Origin: Hyalangium minutum
GTDB lineage: Bacteria > Myxococcota > Myxococcia > Myxococcales > Myxococcaceae
Length of the DNA: 62,000 nt
NCBI RefSeq assembly: GCF_000737315.1
Contig: NZ_JMCB01000003.1
Location: 144,001 to 206,000 of the forward strand
Direction: 5' to 3'
A model generated the notes under the pieces. It saw nothing but the letters and a program-made list of their open reading frames with translations. It had not been told where the DNA came from and did no database searches. The stretch's first letter is position 1. Each line of letters opens with the position of its first letter. Shown here piece by piece: positions 34,808 to 45,046 of the stretch. The translations under genes were made by a program, and so were the position numbers.

Positions 34808-35539
34808 ATGGAGCGCACAGGAGCAGCGGCGGTCATCATCGGCAACGAGGTCCTCACCGCGAAGGTGGTGGACGCCAACGGGCCCCACCTCATCCGGAGG
34901 CTGAGGGAGACGGGCATTCCGCTGCGCTCGGTAGAGATCGTCACGGACGACGTGGATGCCATCGTCGACGCGGTGGTGCGGGCTCGTTCCCGGGCGGAGT
35001 ACGTCTTCACCAGCGGAGGCATTGGTCCCACGCATGATGACGTCACGGTGCGCGCGGTGGCGCTGGCGATGGGGCGCGAAGTGGTGCGGTTGCCGGAGAT
35101 GGTGGAGCTCATCCGCAACCGATACGATTCTGTGACCGGCGAGGCCATGCGTCTGGCGGACGCGCCTGAAGGCACAGTGCTGCTTCATCAAGAGGGTAGC
35201 TGGTTCCCCGTACTGACGGTGGACAAGGTTTTCCTGCTACCGGGGGTGCCGCAGCTCTTCCGGCTCCAGTTGGAGACGGTGCTGAAGCAACTTCAAGGGA
35301 CTCCGGTGTTCCTGCGCTGCCTCTACCTGCGGCTGGGCGAGAGCACCATCGCCGCGGTACTAGACCGGGTGGCGCTAGACATGCCGCACGTTGCCATCGG
35401 CTCCTACCCGGTGTTTGACGCGGAGCTGGACTACCGGGTCAAGGTGACGATCGAAGCCGCCGAGCTGGCGCAGGTGGAGGAGGCGCTGGCTCGCATCCGA
35501 GTCGGGCTGCCTGCGGACGCGGTGGTGAGAGCGGAGTAA
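34808..35539 (+). CDS. CinA N-terminal / molybdopterin-binding domain protein (COG1058-like)
   Basis: IIGNEVL, SGGIGPTHDDVT, LPGVP. Confidence 0.88.
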   Translation: MERTGAAAVIIGNEVLTAKVVDANGPHLIRRLRETGIPLRSVEIVTDDVDAIVDAVVRARSRAEYVFTSGGIGPTHDDVTVRAVALAMGREVVRLPEMVELIRNRYDSVTGEAMRLADAPEGTVLLHQEGSWFPVLTVDKVFLLPGVPQLFRLQLETVLKQLQGTPVFLRCLYLRLGESTIAAVLDRVALDMPHVAIGSYPVFDAELDYRVKVTIEAAELAQVEEALARIRVGLPADAVVRAE

Positions 35540-35552
35540 GCAACACAGTCTT

Positions 35553-37235
35553 CTACCGGCGTTTCTTGAGCCAGCGGGTCACGCTGACCTTCCGGAACCG
35601 GCTGCCGAACAGGTACCAGGTGAACGCGCCCCCTGCGAGCGCTGCTGCGAGGGCAATGGCCACGATGCCCAACACCGGCACACCGTCGTACATCCACGGC
35701 TTCGGCGCGAACGCAATGAATGTGCCCACAATGAACCCGCAGGCGCACAAGCCCAGGAACGCGATGATGGCCAGCGTCCGCAGGTTCTCGTTCAGCTTGT
35801 CGAACTGATCCTCGCGCAGCGTCACCGTGAACTTCCCGGCCTCCAGATCCAGCAGGATCTGCGAGAGCTGCGTCGGCAGGTCCGTGGCCAGCGACTGGAA
35901 CCGCAGCAGCGTCTTCATCAAGCCGCCCTGTAGCTGGCTCGGATCGTACCGCCCCGCCAGAAGTTCCTTCGCGTACGGCAGCACCACCTCGAGGATGTTC
36001 ATCTCAGGGTACAGGCTCCGGAGCATGCCCTCCGTCGACACCGACGCCCGGCTCAGCAGCGCGTACTCCTTCGGAATCCGGATCTTGTACTTCACCGCCA
36101 GGTCCAGCAGGTCTCTCAGCAGCGTCCGCGCGTCCACCTGTCCCAGCGTCGTCGGCAGGTGCTGACCCAGGATGCCCTCGATGTCGTTGCGGAACCCCAC
36201 GAGGTTCGCTCGCGAGTCCGGCACCCCCATCCGGTACAGGATGCGCGCCACCGAGTCGCTGTCCTTCAGCGCCACCGCCAGGCACAGCATCACCAGCGTC
36301 TCCTGCATCGGCTTCGTCAGCCGTCCCACCACCCCGAAGTCCAGCAGCGCCAGCCGGTTCCCCTCCAGCAGCAGGAGATTTCCCGGGTGCGGATCCCCAT
36401 GGAAGAGGCCGTCGTCGAACAGCTGCCGGAAGCTCGCCTCGATGATGTGCTTCGCGAGTTCTTTCCGTTCGTCCTCGGACAGCTTCGCCTGGCTGATCTT
36501 CACCCCGCGGATGAACTCCAGCGTCAGCACCTTCCGGCTCGACAGCTCGTCGTACACCCGGGGGATCTTCAGGTACGGCCGGTCCTCGTGGTTCGCCAGG
36601 AACGCCCGGATGTTCGAGGCCTCGTTCACGAAGTCCAGTTCCTCGTGAATCGCCTTGTCGAACTCGTCCACGATGCCCGTCGGCGTGTAGACGCCTGTCT
36701 CCTCGATGACCGCCTCCAGCAGGCGCGCCAGCGAGCGCAGCACCGTGAGATCCGAGTCGATCCGCTGCGAGATCCCCGGCCGCTGTACCTTCACCACCAC
36801 CTCGTCCCCCGACAGCGTCACGGCTCGATGCACCTGGGCGATCGAGGCCGCCGCCAGCGGGACGGGATCGATCGTCGCGAACAGGTCCTGCACCTCCTTG
36901 CCCAGGGACTCGCGGATCTGCTCGTGCACCTGCTCCAGCGGGATGGGCTCCACTTGATCCTGCAGCAGGGACAGCTCATCCACGAACTCGGCCGGCAGCA
37001 GGTCTCCGCGCGTGGACAGGATCTGCCCCAACTTCACGAACGTGGGGCCCAGATCGTTGAGCATCATCCGGAAGCGCCGCGCCGTCGACGCTCGCTGCGT
37101 TTCCGGCGACACCTCCACCTTCTCCCGGCGGCCCAGCATGCGCCACAGCCCGGCACGCTCTGCCACATCGGCGAAGCCAAACCGCGCCGCGATGACGGCG
37201 ATCTGACGGACTCGATTGAGGTCCTGGAGGATCAC
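35553..37235 (-). CDS. AarF/UbiB/ABC1 family kinase
   Basis: LGPTFVKLGQILSTR, AAASIAQVH, VKVQRP, FHGDPHPGN, LDFG. Confidence 0.93.
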   Translation of the reverse strand: MILQDLNRVRQIAVIAARFGFADVAERAGLWRMLGRREKVEVSPETQRASTARRFRMMLNDLGPTFVKLGQILSTRGDLLPAEFVDELSLLQDQVEPIPLEQVHEQIRESLGKEVQDLFATIDPVPLAAASIAQVHRAVTLSGDEVVVKVQRPGISQRIDSDLTVLRSLARLLEAVIEETGVYTPTGIVDEFDKAIHEELDFVNEASNIRAFLANHEDRPYLKIPRVYDELSSRKVLTLEFIRGVKISQAKLSEDERKELAKHIIEASFRQLFDDGLFHGDPHPGNLLLLEGNRLALLDFGVVGRLTKPMQETLVMLCLAVALKDSDSVARILYRMGVPDSRANLVGFRNDIEGILGQHLPTTLGQVDARTLLRDLLDLAVKYKIRIPKEYALLSRASVSTEGMLRSLYPEMNILEVVLPYAKELLAGRYDPSQLQGGLMKTLLRFQSLATDLPTQLSQILLDLEAGKFTVTLREDQFDKLNENLRTLAIIAFLGLCACGFIVGTFIAFAPKPWMYDGVPVLGIVAIALAAALAGGAFTWYLFGSRFRKVSVTRWLKKRR

Positions 37236-37548
37236 GCGCCGTGCACCTTCCCACGGGCTCGCAGCGCCCGCAAACGGTCAGATTCACACAGGGCAGGCGA
37301 GTGCGCGGAATTGCTCAACGGCTACCGGTTCACAGCGGGCTCCAGGTACGGGGCACCCCAGTCTGGGCTCACAGGTCGCGGGCCCCTCGGCTCGGCGCGG
37401 GTCCCCCCGTCAGCGGACGGGTCCTCCCGCGCCGGCCGTCCCGCTCTCCCTCGGTCCACGGGATGTGGGCACACCGTTGTTCCGGAGTGGCCGCGTTCCT
37501 ACCATGGCCCCCTGGGCTCCCGGCTGTACGGAAGGACGGCACGCAACG

Positions 37549-38214
37549 ATGCGGTGGCTCTCGTGGCTCACTCAGCACCAGCTCGGACGGCTCGTCTCCG
37601 CCGTTGCCATCATTTTTGCCAGCATCCGCTGCTACGCCTGGCTCAACCGCCTCCTGCCGCCTCGCTTCGACTTCACCACACCCCTCGACACCGCCATCCC
37701 GTTCCTGCCCTGGACCTATCACCTGTACTGGAGCTTCTTCCTGCTCCTCCTCGTCGCGGCCTGGCAGCTTCGCTCCGATGAGTACGCCCGGAGTCTGCGG
37801 GCTGTCCTCTGGGTCGTCCTCGTCTGCTTCTCCGGCTTCGTTCTCTTCTCTGCCCACTACCCACGCCCAGACGTCGACACCATCGCCTCCCCGTTCTGGC
37901 GCGAGGAGTTCCGGTGGATGTGGGGCCATGACAAGCCCGGCAACACCTTCCCCAGCCTTCATGTGGCCATCACCGTCCTCGGCACCCGCATCCTCTGGCG
38001 CCGCAGGAGGAGCCTCCTCTGGATCCTGTGGGCCACGATCATCTGCCTCTCCACTCTGACCGTGAAGCAGCACTTCATCGTGGATGTCCTCGGCGGGGCC
38101 CTGGTGGGCCTCGCCGTCCATACGCGGGTGTTCCGAGAGAAGGCTTCGTCACCCGATCAGGCTGGCGAGGGCGCCGCCACCTTCGGCGCAGGGCCGAAGC
38201 GCAGCAGCAGGTAG
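37549..38214 (+). CDS. PAP2_3 / AUR1-like lipid phosphotransferase or phosphatase
   Basis: DTAIPFLPW, NTFPSLHVA, KQHFIVDVLGG; 58-bp tail overlap with nhaA. Confidence 0.8.
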   Translation: MRWLSWLTQHQLGRLVSAVAIIFASIRCYAWLNRLLPPRFDFTTPLDTAIPFLPWTYHLYWSFFLLLLVAAWQLRSDEYARSLRAVLWVVLVCFSGFVLFSAHYPRPDVDTIASPFWREEFRWMWGHDKPGNTFPSLHVAITVLGTRILWRRRRSLLWILWATIICLSTLTVKQHFIVDVLGGALVGLAVHTRVFREKASSPDQAGEGAATFGAGPKRSSR

Positions 38215-39497
38215 CCCACCACCGCCGACAGCAACGAGCCCAGCAGGATTCCCAGCTTGGCCTCGGCCAGCAGGTTCGGATCGCTCGGGAACGCCAGTGT
38301 CGCCACGAAGAGCGCCACCGTGAACCCAATGCCCGCCACCACCGCCACCCCGTGCAGCTGTGAAACCCTCGACCCTCCAGGGAGCGGTGACACCCCCACC
38401 TTCACCGCCACGTAGGTGAACAGGAAGATCCCGACCTGCTTGCCCACGAACAGCCCCACGATGATTCCCAATGGCAGCGGCTTGGCCAGGTCCGCCAGCG
38501 ACATGCCCTCCAGCGAAATCCCCGAGTTCGCCAGCGCGAACAGCGGCACGATCCCGTATGCCACGTATCCGTGCCACAGGTGCACGAAGCGGTTCAGTGG
38601 CGGCTCGATGTCCTCCAACTGCTCCTCGATGTAGAGCAACTGCGCGCTGCGCACCGCCTCGTCCTCGGGCTCCTCCACGCACCGGGTGATGTAGGAGGAC
38701 AGCTCGGTGAGGACCTCCCGCCCCCGGCGTACCGGTACCGCCGGGATGAACATCCCCAGCATCACCCCCGACAGCGTCGCGTGGATCCCTCCGTGGTGCA
38801 TCGCGTACCAGAGCACTCCGCCAAGCAGCAGGTACACCATGCCGTTGCGCACGTAGAACCGGTTGCACACCGCCAGCACCACCGCCACGCCCCCCGCCGC
38901 CATCAGCCACTCCCCGTGGAGCCCTGTCCCGTAGAAGAGCGCGATCACGATGATGCCGCCGATGTCGTCGAAGATCGCCAACGCCGTCAGGAACACCACC
39001 AGCGCGTGTGACACCCGCGCCCGCACCAGCGTCAGGCACCCAATCGAGAACGCAATGTCCGTTGCCATCGGGATCGCCCAGCCTGCCGCCGCTGGCGTCC
39101 CCGCGTTGAAGATCAGGTACAGCCCCGCAGGCACCAGCATGCCCCCCAACGCCGCGATCAGCGGCAGCAGCGCCCTCGCCGGCGTGCGCAGCTCTCCGGC
39201 GGACAGCTCTCGCTTGATCTCCATCCCCACCAGGAAGAAGAACAGCGTCATCAGCCCGTCGTTGATGAACTCCCGGAACGTGAACGCCCCGCGCGACCCG
39301 GACAGCTCCAGCGCCATCGGCGCGTCGAACAGCCCCGTGTAGCTCGAAGCCCAGGGCGAGTTGGCCCACACCATGGCCGCCACCGCGCACAGCGCCAGGA
39401 TGATGCCGCTGCTGGCCTCCAGCCGGAAGAAGGCCTGGAGCGGCGCGATCGCGACCTTGAAGAGGGCAGGGACAGGGGGGGGCGGGCGTGGCTCCAT
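38157..39497 (-). CDS. nhaA: Na+/H+ antiporter NhaA
   Basis: FINDGLM, GMEIKRE, GWAIPMATDIAF, LAIFDD, GKQVGI, GIGFTVALF. Confidence 0.95.
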   Translation of the reverse strand: MEPRPPPPVPALFKVAIAPLQAFFRLEASSGIILALCAVAAMVWANSPWASSYTGLFDAPMALELSGSRGAFTFREFINDGLMTLFFFLVGMEIKRELSAGELRTPARALLPLIAALGGMLVPAGLYLIFNAGTPAAAGWAIPMATDIAFSIGCLTLVRARVSHALVVFLTALAIFDDIGGIIVIALFYGTGLHGEWLMAAGGVAVVLAVCNRFYVRNGMVYLLLGGVLWYAMHHGGIHATLSGVMLGMFIPAVPVRRGREVLTELSSYITRCVEEPEDEAVRSAQLLYIEEQLEDIEPPLNRFVHLWHGYVAYGIVPLFALANSGISLEGMSLADLAKPLPLGIIVGLFVGKQVGIFLFTYVAVKVGVSPLPGGSRVSQLHGVAVVAGIGFTVALFVATLAFPSDPNLLAEAKLGILLGSLLSAVVGYLLLRFGPAPKVAAPSPA

Positions 39498-39659
39498 AGG
39501 GGGGGTAGGTTGCCCTCCTGCCTGCCGTGCGGAAACCGATTTCGACACCCATGAACTGACGACGTCCACCGGGGGTGTTACAGGTGCGTTTCAGGTGACG
39601 TAAGGGGTAGGACGCTCGCGCGTTGATCCTGGGCGCGGGGCGTGAGAGAAGGGGAAATC

Positions 39660-42419
39660 ATGGGTGGAACGCAGGTGAAGACAGCCAAGGGCGCCAGCGC
39701 CGAAGTCGCTCCAGAATCCAACCTGGAGGGTATGGAAGCCAAGGCCGAGCCAACGGGGGCACGGGAGATTGCCTCCCTGACCCCCATGATGCGCCAGTAT
39801 CTGGAGCTCAAGGCGCTCCACCCGGACACCATCCTCTTCTTCCGGCTCGGGGACTTCTACGAGATGTTCTTCGAGGACGCCATCCGCGCCTCGGAGTTGC
39901 TCCAGATCACCCTCACCGCGCGCGCCAAGGGCAGTGAGAAGGTGCCCATGTGCGGCGTGCCCTACCACTCGGCCCGCCGCTACATCGCCCGCCTCATCGA
40001 GCAGGGGCTCAAGGTCGCCATCTGCGAGCAGATGGAGGAGCCCGGCAATGGCCCCGGCATCGTCAAGCGCGAGGTGACGCGCATCATCACCCCCGGCATG
40101 GTGCTGGACGAGGAAGTGCTCGAGCCGCGCGCCAGCAACTTCCTGGCTGCCGTGCACTGGGCCGAGCGGGGCTTCGGCGCCGCCCTGCTCGAGGCCTCGA
40201 CCGGCGAGTTCTTCTCCGTGGAGGTGGCCACCGCCCAGGAGCTGGTGGAAGCCCTGTCTCGCGTGGACCCTCGCGAGCTGCTCGTGCCCGAGGGGCAGCG
40301 GTCTGCGGCCGAGGTGGCCTTCCTCACCGCGCGTCTGCCTCGCACCCCTTCGGTGACAGAGCTGGACAAGGCCGCCTTCGAGGCTCCGCGTGCGGCGCTC
40401 TATCTGAAGGGCCATTTCTCGGTGGCCTCGCTGGAGGCCTTCGGGCTGGCGGATGCGCCCCTGGCCACCGGCGCGGCGGGCGCGGCCCTGCGCTACCTCA
40501 AGGACACCCAGAAGACGAACGCCGCGCACGTGGATCGGCTGAGCCGCCTGGAGCGCGCCGGGCATCTGCTCATGGACGAGTCCTCGCGCTCCAACCTGGA
40601 GGTGCTCAAGACGCTCCGGGATGGCGCTCGCAAGGGGAGCCTCCTGGGCGTGCTGGACCGCACTGCTACCAGCATGGGCGGCCGCAAGCTGGCTCGCTGG
40701 CTTGCCGCGCCCCTGTGTGCCCTGCCGGAGATCCATGCCCGTCTGGATGCCGTGGAGGAGCTGGCTCAGAAGAGCGTCTGGCGCGAGGAACTCACCACGC
40801 TCCTCAAGGAGGTCGCGGACCTGGAGCGGCTGTGCGGACGGCTCTCGCTCGGGGCCGGCAATGCTCGCGATCTGCGAGCCCTGGCCGTGTCGCTCGCGCA
40901 GCTGCCCAAGCTGTCCGCCGCGCTCGCTCGGTGCTCGGCACCGCTGCTCAAGGCCCTGGCGGGTCCGCTGAGCGCTCTGCCGGAGCTGGCAGAGCTTCTT
41001 CTGCGAGCCGTGGTGGATGAGCCGCCGGTGACGATCAAGGAGGGTGGCCTGTTCCGCCAGGGCTTCCACGCAGAGCTGGATGAGCTGGTGGCGCTGTCCA
41101 CCTCCGGCAAGGACTACCTGCTGAAGCTCGAGGCGCGGGAGCGGGAGCGGACGAAGATCTCCTCGCTCAAGGTCCGCTACAACAAGGTGTTCGGGTACTT
41201 CATCGAGGTGACGAACAGCAACAAGCACCTGGTGCCCAAGGACTACATCCGCAAGCAGACCACGGTGGGGGGCGAGCGCTTCATCACCCCCGAGCTCAAG
41301 GAGTACGAGGAGAAGGTCCTCACCGCAGAGGAGCGTCGCTGCGCGCTGGAGCTTCGCCTCTTCGAGGAGCTGCGGGCCCAGGTGGTTGCCGCCGCCCCGC
41401 GTATCCGCTCGGCCGCCGAGGCCGTGGCCACCAGCGATGCGCTCCTGTCCTTTGCGCGCTGCTCCGCGGAGTACGGCTACATCCGGCCCGTGGTGGATGA
41501 CTCGGACGTGTTCTCCATCACCGCCGGGCGCCATCCCGTGGTCGAGCGCGTGCTGAGCGCGGGCGAGTCCTTCGTCCCCAATGACGTGCAGATGAGCTCG
41601 GGCGAGGCGCAGATCCTCGTCATCACCGGTCCGAACATGGCCGGTAAGAGCACGGTGATGCGGCAGGTGGCGCTCACGGTGCTCATGGCCCAGGCGGGTT
41701 GCTTCGTCCCGGCCAAGGCGGCGCACATTGGCCTATGCGATCGGATCTTCACCCGCGTGGGCGCCGCGGACAATCTGGCGCGCGGACAGTCCACGTTCAT
41801 GGTGGAGATGACGGAGACGAGCCACATCCTTCACCACGCCACGCGCAAGAGCATCGTGATCCTGGACGAGATCGGCCGTGGCACCTCCACGTTCGATGGG
41901 CTCTCCATTGCCTGGGCAGTGGCTGAGCACATCCACGACAAGCTCGGCGCGCGCACGCTGTTCGCCACGCACTACCACGAGCTGGTGGACCTGGCCCGAG
42001 AGAAGCCTCGGGTGAAGAACCTGTGCATCGCGGTCAAGGAGCACGGTGGCAAGGTGCTCTTCCTGCGCAAGCTGGTGCCCGGCGGTGCGAACCGTTCCTA
42101 CGGCATCGAGGTGGCCAAGCTGGCCGGCTTGCCCCAGGAGGTGGTGGCCCGCGCTCGGGACATCCTCCAGAACCTGGAGTCCGGGGAGCTGGATGAGGCA
42201 GGGCGTCCTCGCGCTGCGGTCCGCCGGGGTTCCCGCGTGGCGGCTGGGCAGCTCGGGCTCTTCGGGGGAGAGGCGAGTGGGGGAGCAACGCCGGAGGTTC
42301 CCGCTGTACCCCCCGCGCAGCAGAAGGTGCTGGATGCGCTGCGCAACACCTCGCTGGACACCACCACGCCGCTGGAGGCCCTCAACCTCCTGGCACGGCT
42401 CCAGAAGGAGTTGAAGTAA
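39660..42419 (+). CDS. mutS: DNA mismatch repair protein MutS
   Basis: TPMMRQY, FRLGDFYEMF, TGPNMAGKST, STFMVEM, DEIGRGTST, SYGIEVA. Confidence 0.97.
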   Translation: MGGTQVKTAKGASAEVAPESNLEGMEAKAEPTGAREIASLTPMMRQYLELKALHPDTILFFRLGDFYEMFFEDAIRASELLQITLTARAKGSEKVPMCGVPYHSARRYIARLIEQGLKVAICEQMEEPGNGPGIVKREVTRIITPGMVLDEEVLEPRASNFLAAVHWAERGFGAALLEASTGEFFSVEVATAQELVEALSRVDPRELLVPEGQRSAAEVAFLTARLPRTPSVTELDKAAFEAPRAALYLKGHFSVASLEAFGLADAPLATGAAGAALRYLKDTQKTNAAHVDRLSRLERAGHLLMDESSRSNLEVLKTLRDGARKGSLLGVLDRTATSMGGRKLARWLAAPLCALPEIHARLDAVEELAQKSVWREELTTLLKEVADLERLCGRLSLGAGNARDLRALAVSLAQLPKLSAALARCSAPLLKALAGPLSALPELAELLLRAVVDEPPVTIKEGGLFRQGFHAELDELVALSTSGKDYLLKLEARERERTKISSLKVRYNKVFGYFIEVTNSNKHLVPKDYIRKQTTVGGERFITPELKEYEEKVLTAEERRCALELRLFEELRAQVVAAAPRIRSAAEAVATSDALLSFARCSAEYGYIRPVVDDSDVFSITAGRHPVVERVLSAGESFVPNDVQMSSGEAQILVITGPNMAGKSTVMRQVALTVLMAQAGCFVPAKAAHIGLCDRIFTRVGAADNLARGQSTFMVEMTETSHILHHATRKSIVILDEIGRGTSTFDGLSIAWAVAEHIHDKLGARTLFATHYHELVDLAREKPRVKNLCIAVKEHGGKVLFLRKLVPGGANRSYGIEVAKLAGLPQEVVARARDILQNLESGELDEAGRPRAAVRRGSRVAAGQLGLFGGEASGGATPEVPAVPPAQQKVLDALRNTSLDTTTPLEALNLLARLQKELK

Positions 42420-42446
42420 AAGGGGGCGAGCCAAGGAGGCCGCCTC

Positions 42447-43211
42447 GTGCAGTTCGCCATTCCTCACGCGCCCCGGCGTGTCCGCTTTTCCCAGGTGCCC
42501 GGCGCCGTGGGAAGGCTGGTGCGCACTGTCATCCTTGGGCTCCTGTTCATGGCCGTTGTCGGCGCGGGGGCTGCCTTCGCTGGGCGCTTCTTCATCAAGG
42601 AGCGCGACTTCTTCGCTCGGGCCGAGGAGGTGGAGGGGTTCGTCGCGAGCAGCAAGCTGCCGCCCCCGGAGAAGCGTGTCGACGCTGAAGCCACCCTGGA
42701 GGTGCTCTACAGCGTCGACGAGCGGCAATACACCGTGAACGGCGTGCGCACCGCCGCTGAGTACGCCGAGGGGCTCGGCCGGGGCGCACAGGTGAAGCTG
42801 CTCGTGGACCCGAGCCAGCCGGACAAGCCCCGCGAGGCTCAGTTCGCTCGTGCACAGTCCGGTGCCATCAACCTGCTCCCGTGGGGGTTGGGTGTTGGGG
42901 CGCTCGGCGCCGTGGTCCTGTTCCTGCGCGAGCTGCGCCGCACCATCCGCGCCGAGCTCGAGCCCCTGCGCCGGGGTGATCTGGTCTGGCTCACGCCGGA
43001 TGGGCCTCTGCCTGAGACTCGCAGCGAGACCGTCTTCCCCGCCTCCTACTACCGCAAGGATGTGAAGCACGCCGTCCGCGCCCGCGCCCGCCCGGGCCGC
43101 GCCCCGGTGCGCAATGGAGCCAAGGTGCTCGCCGCGGTGATCCCCCGCGAGCAGGACTGGGTCCGCGTCATCGACGAGGATCTGGCCCGTACCCTCGGCT
43201 GGATTCGTTGA
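42447..43211 (+). CDS. DUF3592-like membrane protein
   Basis: TM, soluble beta-domain (VLYSVD..YTV, VKLLVDPSQP), TM. Confidence 0.6.
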   Translation: MQFAIPHAPRRVRFSQVPGAVGRLVRTVILGLLFMAVVGAGAAFAGRFFIKERDFFARAEEVEGFVASSKLPPPEKRVDAEATLEVLYSVDERQYTVNGVRTAAEYAEGLGRGAQVKLLVDPSQPDKPREAQFARAQSGAINLLPWGLGVGALGAVVLFLRELRRTIRAELEPLRRGDLVWLTPDGPLPETRSETVFPASYYRKDVKHAVRARARPGRAPVRNGAKVLAAVIPREQDWVRVIDEDLARTLGWIR

Positions 43212-43304
43212 GCCGCGAGGGCAGGGGAGAACCGAAAATTTGCGGGTGCAAGGAGCCCATGACACACATCTGTAGCTGTCGATCCCCGTGTGTCCGGAGG
43301 CTTC

Positions 43305-45002
43305 ATGCGCGCTCGCCTCGCCCTCTTCCTGCTGCTGCTGTCGAGTGTCGCCTCCGCGGCGAAGCGGGATGCGGCCGAAGAGGCCTACCAGGAGGCGCGC
43401 ACGGCCTACTACGTCCTCAAGGGAGACGCAGTGCGGCGCAAGCTGCGCCACCACTGGCTCAACGTCGCCCGCCGCTTCGAGGCCGTCGCCACCGACCACC
43501 CCAAGAGCCCTCGCGCACCAGACGCCCTCTTCACCGCCGGCGAGCTGATGAACGAGCTGAGCCGGATCTCCTTCCTCCTGGAGGATCTCCAGTCCGCCGC
43601 GGGCGACTACTCGAAGGTTGTCGAGAACCACCCGCGTCACCGCCTCGCGGATGACGCCGCGCTCTCGCTGGCCCGCATCTATCTGGATCGCCTGGACCAC
43701 CCCGATGCCGCTCGCCGCGTCATCACCGACAGCCTCGCCAACAACAGCAAGGGTGACCGGGCCCGTGAGCTGAAGGAACTGCTGGCCTCGCTGCCCACGC
43801 CCAAGACGCCGCCCCCTCCCGCTCGCAAGCCCGCCGCGCCCGCTGTTGCCGAGGCGGCTCCTGCTCCCGCTGCGCAGCCGGATGCGTCCAAGGCGGGAAC
43901 ATCGCTGGTGGATGCCATCTCCAAGCTGGCGCGTGAGTCGGGACCCACCAACGCGGCTCCTGCCCCCGAGGCTCAGGATTCCAAGGCCAGCAGCGAGGCT
44001 CCGCGCGTCGTCGTCATCACCCCGATGAAGACGGCTGAGGCGCCCGTGCCCACCGCGAAGGACTCGAAGGTGGCGGCCACGCCCGCCGCTCCGGCCAGTG
44101 CGCCCGCCCCGGTGGCGGTGACGCTGCCCTCCAAGCCGAAGACCGAGCCGGTCGCTGTCTCCGTGGTGAAGTCTGCTCCCGAGCCCACCGTGGTGCCCGT
44201 GAAGCCCGCGCCCTCCAATCCCGTCCTGGACCCGCACATCGCCGAGGCTCGGATGAAGACCGCCGCGAAGCTGTCGCGCCGCGCGGAGCTGACGCTCGTC
44301 GAGCAGCTCGGCCTCAAGGTCCGCCGCGTCATCATCGATCCCGGCCACGGGGGCCACGACACGGGCGCCATCGGGAAGAACGGGACGCGCGAGAAGGACA
44401 TCACCCTGGCCATCTCCCTGAAGCTCGCCGAGGAGCTCAAGGAGCGCGGCCTGGAGGTCATCCTCACCCGCGAGGACGATCACTACGTCCGGCTCGAGGA
44501 TCGCGCCCAGTTCGCCAATGAGTCCCGCGGCGACCTGTTCATCTCCATCCACTGCAACTCCGCCGCGAGCTCCAAGCTCCACGGCGTGGAGACGTACACG
44601 CTCAACATCTCCGCGGATCGCTACTCCATCCGGCTCGCCGCGCGCGAGAACGCCTCCACCGAGAAGGGCATCAGCGATCTCCAGTTCATCCTCGCGGACC
44701 TGGCCACCAAGGCGAACACCGGCGAGTCCACCCGCCTGGCCTCCCAGGTCCAGAAGAGCCTCGTGGGCCAGCTGTCCAAGGAGTATTCGGACATCAAGGA
44801 TCTGGGCAACAAGGAGGCGCTCTTCTACGTGCTGCTCGGCGTCAAGATGCCCGCGATCCTCGTGGAGACCGCCTTCCTGTCCCACTCCGAGGAGGAGCAG
44901 CGCCTGGGCTCCGAGGCGTACCAGGACAGCGTGGCTCAGGCGATCGCCCAGGGCGTGGAGGAGTTCCTCGGGGATCGCAACAAGCTGGCCAAGGTCGATT
45001 GA
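43305..45002 (+). CDS. N-acetylmuramoyl-L-alanine amidase (Amidase_3) with N-terminal TPR-like region and Pro/Ala linker
   Basis: IDPGHGGHD, EKDITL, LEDRAQFAN, FISIHCN, MPAILVET. Confidence 0.92.
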   Translation: MRARLALFLLLLSSVASAAKRDAAEEAYQEARTAYYVLKGDAVRRKLRHHWLNVARRFEAVATDHPKSPRAPDALFTAGELMNELSRISFLLEDLQSAAGDYSKVVENHPRHRLADDAALSLARIYLDRLDHPDAARRVITDSLANNSKGDRARELKELLASLPTPKTPPPPARKPAAPAVAEAAPAPAAQPDASKAGTSLVDAISKLARESGPTNAAPAPEAQDSKASSEAPRVVVITPMKTAEAPVPTAKDSKVAATPAAPASAPAPVAVTLPSKPKTEPVAVSVVKSAPEPTVVPVKPAPSNPVLDPHIAEARMKTAAKLSRRAELTLVEQLGLKVRRVIIDPGHGGHDTGAIGKNGTREKDITLAISLKLAEELKERGLEVILTREDDHYVRLEDRAQFANESRGDLFISIHCNSAASSKLHGVETYTLNISADRYSIRLAARENASTEKGISDLQFILADLATKANTGESTRLASQVQKSLVGQLSKEYSDIKDLGNKEALFYVLLGVKMPAILVETAFLSHSEEEQRLGSEAYQDSVAQAIAQGVEEFLGDRNKLAKVD

Positions 45003-45046
45003 CCGGCGAGTGAGGCCCCTCCGCCGGTCCCTCGGCCCTCGCGTCC

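Noticed and set aside
38157-38214. Convergent 58-bp overlap of the PAP2 gene and nhaA as antisense regulation
   Set aside because: Short tail overlaps from stop-codon drift are common in high-GC genomes, and there is no further support.
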